37,104 nucleotides of DNA, from positions 1-37,104 of the forward strand of contig DASSXV010000035.1 in NCBI GenBank assembly GCA_035703635.1, given 5' to 3'. The DNA is from Trueperaceae bacterium. Its GTDB lineage: Bacteria; Deinococcota; Deinococci; Deinococcales; Trueperaceae. The position numbers and the translations under genes are program-made. The first letter of the stretch is position 1, and the number at the start of each line of letters is the position of its first letter. Positions 30,730 to 37,104 of this stretch are shown piece by piece. A model generated the notes under the pieces. It worked only from the letters and a program-made list of their open reading frames with translations, searched no databases and was not told where the DNA came from.

Positions 30730-31917
30730 ATGCCGGATTATTACGCCGTACTAGAGGTAGAACGCTCAGCAGACGCCAAAACAATAAAGGCCGCCTACCG
30801 CAAGCTCGCCCTCGCCTTCCACCCGGACCGCAACCCGGGCGATAAGGCCGCCGAGGACAAGTTCAAGGTCATCAACGAGGCCTACGCCGTGCTCTCGGAC
30901 GAGTCGAAGCGCGCACGCTACGACCGCTATGGCAGCGTCGACGAGACCATGCCGATGGGCGGAGACATCTTCGACATCTTCGCTTCCGTGTTCGGCACGA
31001 ACGTCGCCCCCGGGCGCAGCAGAGCGCATGGTCAACAGGGCGAGGACCTCGAGGCCGAGCTGACCGTGACACTCGAGCAGGCGCGCGACGGGGCCACCGT
31101 CGACGTGAACATCGAGCGCCTACGCGCTTGCCACCACTGCCACGGCGAGCGCGCCGAGCCGGGCAGCAACGGCAAGGCCACCTGCCCCCGCTGCAGCGGC
31201 GCGGGCCAGGTACGTGTGCAAGCCCAATCCATCTTCGGCGCCGTCATCACGGCCCGCACGTGCCCCGACTGCCACGGCGAGGGCCAGATCATCACCACGC
31301 CGTGCAAGCTGTGCAACGGCCGCGGCCGCGAACGCAGCGAAGACAGCGTGGCGGTTACACTCCCCCGCGGCATCGACGGCGGTTACCGCCTGCGCGTGCC
31401 ACGCGAAGGGAACGCCGGCGTCGACGGTGGCCAGGCGGGCGACCTCTACCTCTACCTACAGATGGAAGCTCACCCGTTCCTCGAGCGAGCGGGGGACGAC
31501 CTGCACTACACGCTCGAGGTCGGCATGGCCCAAGCGGCGCTTGGCGCCACGTTCGAAGTGCCAACCCTCGGCGGCACCGAGCGCATCGACGTGCCGGCAG
31601 GCACGCAGCCCGGCGGCGAGTTCCGCCTGCGCGGCAAGGGCATGCCGCGCCTGAGACAAGTCGGCACGGGCGACCAGGTCGTCACGGTGAAGGTCATCAT
31701 CCCGAACAAGCTCTCGCCCGAGGCCCGCGAGCACCTCTCCGCGTACGCCGGTGAGGTGGGCGAAGACGTCGCCGAGAACGAGACCGTCGTCGAGAAGGTG
31801 CGTGAGTTCTTCAAGGGCAAGCAACGCGGGCGCGGTAAGGGTCGCGGGTCAAAAGGTGACCAGAAGGCCGAAGCGCGCGGCGAGGATAAGGGAGAAGACA
31901 GCTCCGTCCCCGCCTAG
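30730..31917 (+). CDS. dnaJ: Molecular chaperone DnaJ
   Basis: DYYAVL, HPDRN J-domain, four CxxCxGxG-type zinc motifs, GDLY, GTQPG, LRGKGMP. Confidence 0.96.
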   Translation: MPDYYAVLEVERSADAKTIKAAYRKLALAFHPDRNPGDKAAEDKFKVINEAYAVLSDESKRARYDRYGSVDETMPMGGDIFDIFASVFGTNVAPGRSRAHGQQGEDLEAELTVTLEQARDGATVDVNIERLRACHHCHGERAEPGSNGKATCPRCSGAGQVRVQAQSIFGAVITARTCPDCHGEGQIITTPCKLCNGRGRERSEDSVAVTLPRGIDGGYRLRVPREGNAGVDGGQAGDLYLYLQMEAHPFLERAGDDLHYTLEVGMAQAALGATFEVPTLGGTERIDVPAGTQPGGEFRLRGKGMPRLRQVGTGDQVVTVKVIIPNKLSPEAREHLSAYAGEVGEDVAENETVVEKVREFFKGKQRGRGKGRGSKGDQKAEARGEDKGEDSSVPA

Positions 31918-32879
31918 GCCCCGCCCAAGAGTGCGGCTAACCACCTCCGCAGCTCAGGCATGGCCTCCTCGCCCGTCGTGAGGAGACGCAGTTCTGGCGT
32001 CTCCGCCCCGAACCAGGTGCGTTGACGCTTCGCGTAGCGCGTGGTGGCCGCCGCGACGGCCGCGCGCGCCTCGCGCTCGCTTATCTCGCCCCGCACGTGC
32101 GCCGCTACTTCCTTGTAACCGATCGCCTGCAGGGCAGTCGGTTGGTCAGGGTAGCGGCGCAGCAAACCGGCGACCTCCTCCACCAGCCCCGCGGCGAACA
32201 TCTCGTCGGTGCGGGCGAGGATGCGTGGGCGCAGCACGCTCATGTCAGGGTGTAAGTGCGCCGAGCGGTACCTGAATCGCGGCGGCCGAGGCGGGAACGC
32301 ACTCGGCGGTAGGCCAGTCGACCGTAGGACCTCGAGGCTGCGCACCACGCGGCGTGGGTTCATGGCTGCGCGGTCAGCGTCGAGGGGCGCGGCGGCGCGC
32401 AACTCGGCGTCTAGTTCAGCGATGCGCCCTGCCGCCACGTCCTCCCACATGCGCGCCTGCGCCTCGCGGTTCGCGGGCGGCACCGTCGGCAGGCCCTCAC
32501 GCAATGCGCGCATGTAGAAGCCCGTCCCGCCGGCAACGAGCGGCATGGCGCCGCGCGCGAGCACGTCGGCGATAGCGGCCTCGGCAAGCGCAACGTAGGT
32601 CGCGACCGAGAACGGCTCGGACGGGTCGACGACGTCGATCAGGTGGTGAGGTACCGCGGCGCGCTCCGCGGCCGTCGGTTTGGCGGTGCCGATGTCTAGC
32701 CCGCGGTAGACCTGCATGGCGTCGGCGGAGACGATCTCCACCCGGACGTCGCCCTTGAGTTCGCGCGCCAGCGCTAGCGCCGCCCCGCTCTTCCCCGACG
32801 CCGTCGGGCCTGCGAGCACGGGAGTCTGCCAGTTGGCCCCGGCCGCAGACAAGGCGTCACCTACGGTGAGAGGCGGCAT
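31914..32879 (-). CDS. miaA: tRNA dimethylallyltransferase
   Basis: [54 protein letters not shown]. Confidence 0.96.
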   Translation of the reverse strand: MPPLTVGDALSAAGANWQTPVLAGPTASGKSGAALALARELKGDVRVEIVSADAMQVYRGLDIGTAKPTAAERAAVPHHLIDVVDPSEPFSVATYVALAEAAIADVLARGAMPLVAGGTGFYMRALREGLPTVPPANREAQARMWEDVAAGRIAELDAELRAAAPLDADRAAMNPRRVVRSLEVLRSTGLPPSAFPPRPPRFRYRSAHLHPDMSVLRPRILARTDEMFAAGLVEEVAGLLRRYPDQPTALQAIGYKEVAAHVRGEISEREARAAVAAATTRYAKRQRTWFGAETPELRLLTTGEEAMPELRRWLAALLGGA

Positions 32880-32926
32880 GGGCCAACGCTAACAGACGGC
32901 CTGCGCCCGGGTGCTAGACTCGCGCC

Positions 32927-33313
32927 ATGAACATCGAGAAGCACGGAACGGCTGGCGATATCCAGGAACTCCTGGCCGTTCGTGACCACATCGACGAGCT
33001 AGTGGCGCAATCGAACACGAACCAAGCCAGCCTGCCGCGAGCGGACTTCATAGACGCCGGTGACGCGTACCAACTCCACCTGGAAGTGCCGGGCATCGAC
33101 CAGGCCGACCTCGAAATCGCCGTCGAGGGTGACGACCTGCTCGTCGCTGGCCTGCGCGAGCCGCCCCTGTCAGGCGGGCGCATACTTTTCTCCGAGAGAA
33201 GCGTTGGTCCGTTCCAGCGCTCGTTCGCGCTGCCCAGCCCCGTCGATCGCGAGTTGGTTACCGCGCACCTCACTGCCGGAGTCCTGGTCGTCAAGCTCCC
33301 TAAACTGAAGTAG
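32927..33313 (+). CDS. Hsp20/alpha-crystallin small heat-shock protein
   Basis: EVPGIDQADLEI, ERSVGPFQRSFALP, AHLTAGVLVVKLPK; leaderless (TAGACT plus 6 nt). Confidence 0.9.
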   Translation: MNIEKHGTAGDIQELLAVRDHIDELVAQSNTNQASLPRADFIDAGDAYQLHLEVPGIDQADLEIAVEGDDLLVAGLREPPLSGGRILFSERSVGPFQRSFALPSPVDRELVTAHLTAGVLVVKLPKLK

Positions 33314-33319
33314 CCGGCG

Positions 33320-34174
33320 TCACTCTAGGTCCACGTTTATCTCGCCGCTGACGTTGCCGAACACGACCACGTCGTTGCTATCCAGGTAGTAAAGCAGGCG
33401 GTTGCCCGTGAGGACGTCCTCGCCCTTCACGCTGCGGGCGGGGTTACCGGTGAGAACGGCGGTGCCCGCCTCCTCGTCGATCTCCAGGCGGTCCCCTGTG
33501 GTGGTGCGATCGTCGTCCGTGACGATGACCGTGCCCGTCAACGTGGCGCGCTGGTCGCCGACGGCGAACTCCAGGGCGTCTGCGGTCGCCTGCAGAGGCG
33601 AGGCGCCAGCTTCCGCCGTGCGCTCGAGTGCGACGGGGCCGGTCATCTCACCAAGGTCCGTCTCGCGGTCGAGGAAGAAGCTCGTGCCGACCACCGTCGT
33701 CTTGCCCTGCACGAGCGTCACGGCGGGCGTGGGTGACGGCGTGCGCTCATCGATGCAACCTGGGCGAGAGAACGTGACGCTGTCGCCGCTCAACTCGAGG
33801 GTCTCCTCCCCCGCGTTCGCTTGCGCGGAGTCCGGGGTGGTGATGATCGCAAGTTGCGACGTGAGGATGGCGTCCTCGACGCGCGTTTCGACGTGCCCGG
33901 GTGTCGGCCCGTAGACGATGGTCGTACGGTCGCCGGGTGAGCAGTTGCTGTTGTTGCCGATGGTGCGGGCCCCATCGGCAGCGCGAGCGAGGTTCGTGAC
34001 GATCATCTCGGTGGTGTCACGCAAGATGGTGAAGGTCGTGTTCGTCTGCGCCAGCACCAAACCTGCCGCTGCCAGCGGCACGATCAGCGCAGCGCGCCAG
34101 AACCTCCGCCTGGGCGCCGGGGGCTGAGCAGCTCGGCGGCGGGTTGCTGGAGGGTCGCCGCGCCCTTGCCTCAC
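33320..34174 (-). CDS. LptA/OstA-family beta-jellyroll protein
   Basis: Signal/anchor, then ATLTGTVIV, TTGDRLEID, AVLTGNPARSVKGEDVLTGNRLLYYLD. Confidence 0.75.
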   Translation of the reverse strand: MRQGRGDPPATRRRAAQPPAPRRRFWRAALIVPLAAAGLVLAQTNTTFTILRDTTEMIVTNLARAADGARTIGNNSNCSPGDRTTIVYGPTPGHVETRVEDAILTSQLAIITTPDSAQANAGEETLELSGDSVTFSRPGCIDERTPSPTPAVTLVQGKTTVVGTSFFLDRETDLGEMTGPVALERTAEAGASPLQATADALEFAVGDQRATLTGTVIVTDDDRTTTGDRLEIDEEAGTAVLTGNPARSVKGEDVLTGNRLLYYLDSNDVVVFGNVSGEINVDLE

Positions 34175-35139
34175 TCCGAGGCGGCGCCCGTCAAGTCGAA
34201 CGCACTCGCGTCGTACGCGCTGGTGACCGAGGCGTCGATGGCCTCGAAGAAGTCGTACTCGACGTCCTGCTGAATTCGGTCGGTGACGAGGGTGGCGCCG
34301 GAGTCGCTGTCCACGGCGCGTGCGGGAGCCGCGGCGGTCCCGATCACTTCTGCGATGCCGGAGCTGTCATCGAAGAACACTTCCGTACCGCTGCTCGTGA
34401 TGGGGCCGTCGACCACGGTCACGTTGCCACGCGCGTAGAGAAGCTTCGCTCCCGTGAGCACGCGGATCTCGTCAGCGGTAATGACCGTGAGGCTGCCGTC
34501 GTCGTCTTGGCGGGTGATGCTTACCTGCCTGCCCTGGCTGGTAAGGACGGCGAGCTCGCGGTCCTCCTCGTAGATGAGCTGGTCGGCGGCCGCCGACTGG
34601 TGCCCGTTGACGAGCTCGACGCTGCCGGTGCTGGTGGAGCGGTCGGTGTCCACGTCGAACGCGACGGCGTCCGCTGCGATGCTCACATCGTCGCCATCCG
34701 CGCTGTCGGGCGCCACCACCACCGCGGCTCGCCCCGCCAGGACGCCAAGGCCGGTCGCTTCACTGTAGGTGAGGCCCGGGCCTTCGGCCGTGAGGCGCCC
34801 GCGTTCGACGCTGACGCCGCCCGTGAACGTAGCCACGCGCTCTCCGCCCTGAGTTATCGACGTGCCAGCCGGCGCGGTCAGCTCCGCGTGCTGCCCGAGG
34901 ATGGTGAGGGTTGAGACGGTTGCCTTGATTCCGAAGGCGTCCGGGTGGTCGTAGATGATGGGTCCGGCGCGCAGGTTGCCGCTCTGCGTGCCTCCCGAAC
35001 CGTCGATGGTGATGATGCGGCGCGCACCGGCTTCGGCTTGCGCTTGGGCCAGGGCCGGGGCCGCGGACCACAAGAGCACTATCAACAATAGGAGCAGCTG
35101 GCACGGCGCGCCGCACTTGGCGCGGAGGCGGTTGATCAC
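34171..35139 (-). CDS. LptA/OstA-family beta-jellyroll protein (extended)
   Basis: Signal peptide (APALAQA), ATFTGGVSVERGRLTAEG, AADQLIY, LYARGNVTVVDG. Confidence 0.72.
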   Translation of the reverse strand: MINRLRAKCGAPCQLLLLLIVLLWSAAPALAQAQAEAGARRIITIDGSGGTQSGNLRAGPIIYDHPDAFGIKATVSTLTILGQHAELTAPAGTSITQGGERVATFTGGVSVERGRLTAEGPGLTYSEATGLGVLAGRAAVVVAPDSADGDDVSIAADAVAFDVDTDRSTSTGSVELVNGHQSAAADQLIYEEDRELAVLTSQGRQVSITRQDDDGSLTVITADEIRVLTGAKLLYARGNVTVVDGPITSSGTEVFFDDSSGIAEVIGTAAAPARAVDSDSGATLVTDRIQQDVEYDFFEAIDASVTSAYDASAFDLTGAASE

Positions 35140-35702
35140 GGGTTCCTCCCAGGCGAGTCGACGACGAACTGGGCGTACCCGACGGTACCGGGACCCCCCG
35201 CCTCGAACTCGGTGAAATCGAAAGAGATGCGCATGTCCTCGAAGACGCTATCACCGAGGTCTGGCCCAGACATGACGGCGCGCGGCACCTCGAAGCGGCC
35301 AGCACGCTGGTCGATGAGCACCAGCCGCGAGCCTTTGCTGCTCATGTCGAGGTCGAGGTCGTCCTCGACGAGATGGGCGTGCATGTGCTCGCCGCGTAGG
35401 TTGTCAGCGCGGTCGATGGTCACGCTCTCGGCGGTGAGGGTGAAGTCCGTTACGCCAGCCACCGTGCGGCGACCGTCGTCAACTCGAGCGAGCGTGGTCT
35501 CCTGGCGGTCAGGGTAGTACTCCGCGGTAGGCGCCACGAAGTACCAAACGGCCTTCGGGTCCGACTGTGGATAGAGCGTGAGGTGCACCGAGTCGAGCTC
35601 GATGGCGGCGGACGGGACTGCGGTCTGGCGACCCGGAATGAGGGCCGCGATGACCAACAGCGCCACCACCGCCGCGAAAGCTATGACCGCCCAGCGAACC
35701 AT
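35136..35702 (-). CDS. LptC-like membrane-anchored protein
   Basis: Single N-terminal TM helix, WYFVAPTAEYYPD, beta-rich; first gene of an overlapping three-gene unit with two LptA-like genes. Confidence 0.55.
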   Translation of the reverse strand: MVRWAVIAFAAVVALLVIAALIPGRQTAVPSAAIELDSVHLTLYPQSDPKAVWYFVAPTAEYYPDRQETTLARVDDGRRTVAGVTDFTLTAESVTIDRADNLRGEHMHAHLVEDDLDLDMSSKGSRLVLIDQRAGRFEVPRAVMSGPDLGDSVFEDMRISFDFTEFEAGGPGTVGYAQFVVDSPGRNP

Positions 35703-35829
35703 GAGGCGAATCTACCAGCGCTAGGGGCTGAGAAACGTGACTAGGGCGGTAATAGAACCCTCACGCAGCGCGGCAGGGACCGCTAGAACGCCGCCCCTGC
35801 AGTGCGCGTGCGCGCCTTCAAACCAAGCT

Positions 35830-36306
35830 TCAGTCGAACGAGACCGAGACCACCCTATAAACGGCTGCTCCGCGCGGCATCTGCACCGTCACGGAATCGC
35901 CGACGCGCCTGCCAACCAGGCTCTGGCCGAGGGGCGATTCGTCACTTACGCGGCCCTCGAGGATGTCGGCCTCGTGCGTGCCTACCAGGTGGAACACCAC
36001 GTCCTCACCGTCGTTGGCCTTCAGGGTGAGGGAAGCGCCTAGCCTTGCTACGGCTTCCGCGCCAGCCTCGTACTCCACGACGACAGCGCGGTGGACCAAC
36101 TCCTCGAGGTCGGAGATGCGCGCCTCGTTGGCGCTCTGCAGCAGGCGCGCCTCGTCATAAGCGGCGCTCTCTCGCAGGTCGCCGTCCGCCAGAGCGGCGC
36201 CCATGTAATCGGCGAGCTCCTGGCGTTTCTCGTCTTTCAGGTAACGAAGCTCTTCTTTCAGCTTCTCGAGACCGCGAGCGGTCATCTGGATCGGTTCCTT
36301 CGCCAC
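35830..36306 (-). CDS. greA: Transcription elongation factor GreA
   Basis: MTARGLEKLKEEL, GDLRESAAYDEAR, VGTHEAD, SDESPLGQSLVG; GAGGAG RBS before GTG at 36306. Confidence 0.93.
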   Translation of the reverse strand: MAKEPIQMTARGLEKLKEELRYLKDEKRQELADYMGAALADGDLRESAAYDEARLLQSANEARISDLEELVHRAVVVEYEAGAEAVARLGASLTLKANDGEDVVFHLVGTHEADILEGRVSDESPLGQSLVGRRVGDSVTVQMPRGAAVYRVVSVSFD

Positions 36307-36555
36307 GTTGCTCCTCTTCACAACCCGAATACTGCGGGCCTGAACGCTGCCCGACTCTGGCTTGACGAACGGGCGAGGCGCAAGGAGAACTCCGCGCCGG
36401 TCGCCGAGGGGCAACGTCCGGGGAGGATTATACGGCTATAAGCTTTCGGGTCTAGGGGCGGCGCGACGGGCGGCCAGCGCCGCCCGCACTCGGCGTCTTG
36501 TACAATCGAACGCGCGCATGAGCGCAGCCGCGCTTGCGCCGCCAGCGTTACGTCA

Positions 36556-36631
36556 GGGCCCTTAGCTCAGCGGTTAGAGCAGTCGACTCATAATCGATTG
36601 GTCACTGGTTCAAATCCAGTAGGGCCCACCA
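36556..36631 (+). tRNA. tRNA-Ile2 (CAU anticodon, lysidine-modified type)
   Basis: 76-nt cloverleaf GGGCCCT...AGGGCCC-ACCA; anticodon CAT at 36589-36591. Paired 1:72 and no three G:C pairs in the anticodon stem exclude the initiator. Closely resembles E. coli ileX as I recall it. TACAAT -10 at 36501. Confidence 0.9.
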
Positions 36632-36742
36632 CGTTCTAGACGACGTCGTTCCGATCACGCTGCACTCTTCTATAGTCACAAGAGCGCACGGTTGCGGCGA
36701 TCGCGAGAAGCACTGGTCATCACGCGATCGCGAGGTAGGGGC

Positions 36743-36850
36743 ATGATGCTCGACTTCATCGCCGATAACTGGTGGGTCTTCCTGGTCAGAGGTCCGCTAG
36801 CGGCGACCCGTGAAGCTGGCCCATACGGTTCGATGAGCGATGAGAGCTAG
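36743..36850 (+). pseudogene. Probable remnant of an HdeD/DUF308-family membrane protein gene
   Basis: GAGG RBS; MMLDFIADNWWVFLVRG resembles the HdeD N-terminal WWxxLxRG motif, then the ORF stops at 35 aa. Confidence 0.4.
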
Positions 36851-36859
36851 GCTCAGAGC

Positions 36860-37104
36860 ATGGCTGACCAACGTAGCGCCCCAACGCGGCAACGACCCCG
36901 AGGCCCGTCCCAAGGCGGATCGAGCGACCCGAACATGCCCGGTGGACCCGGCTTGGGGTCCTCGAGCGGTCAACCGCGGGGCTGCGGCACGTGGCTACTG
37001 CTCATGGTGGGCCTGTTCGTAGCCAACTACCTGATCGTCTCGCTCTTCTTCCCCGCCGGCCGCGGTCCCGTCGAGGTTCCTTACAACCTCTTCCGTGAGC
37101 AGGT
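36860..37104 (+). CDS. N-terminus of an FtsH-like protease (truncated by the window end)
   Basis: Open frame MADQRSAP...WLLLMVGLFVANYLIVSLFF...VEVPYNLFREQV (TM1 plus FtsH extracellular PYxxF motif). Leaderless (TAGGCT plus 6 nt). Not in the ORF track. Confidence 0.7.
   Translation, partial: MADQRSAPTRQRPRGPSQGGSSDPNMPGGPGLGSSSGQPRGCGTWLLLMVGLFVANYLIVSLFFPAGRGPVEVPYNLFREQ

Noticed and set aside
34144-34914. 256-aa plus-strand ORF, and similar long antisense ORFs (5511-6182, 24926-25663, 4232-4915)
   Set aside because: Shadows of well-supported genes on the opposite strand, expected in high-GC DNA; no motifs.
36556-36631. tRNA-Met call from the CAT anticodon
   Set aside because: Lacks initiator features and resembles the ileX-type tRNA-Ile2; elongator Met is not fully excluded.
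36697-36733. Two GCGATCGCGA copies
   Set aside because: Short GC-rich palindromes; too few and too short for a CRISPR or REP call.

Overview
GC-rich bacterial chromosome segment from a Deinococcota member, most likely Trueperaceae-like (two-OB-fold SSB; dnaA-oriC-dnaN-eno-pyk opposite mnmG-rsmG-parA-parB; many leaderless genes). It spans the replication origin (DnaA-box array and DnaA-trios at about 19.37-19.58 kb) and a perfect parS site. Housekeeping genes are rpsF-ssb-rpsR-rplI, mdh, dnaJ, miaA, hsp20, greA, tRNA-Ile2(CAU) and the start of an ftsH. The left arm carries two c-di-GMP turnover proteins, an EEP hydrolase and a P1B-4 ATPase. The most unusual region is a six-gene cluster at 6713-12931. 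It encodes a stand-alone exported C39 peptidase, a divergent Lnt-family N-acyltransferase, a secreted protein (signal peptide, then a double-glycine-like leader ELVNVTAG|ICLNC, then a Ser/Thr-rich domain resembling aerolysin-type beta pore formers), a TolC-like protein and two related Ig-like exported proteins, with no ABC transporter. I infer a candidate periplasmic cleave-acylate-export system. Other points are a shared 15-bp operator linking a PerR-like regulator to the P1B-4 ATPase, and a parS-encoded small ORF coupled to rsmG. All family assignments come from motif recognition by eye; no searches were run.
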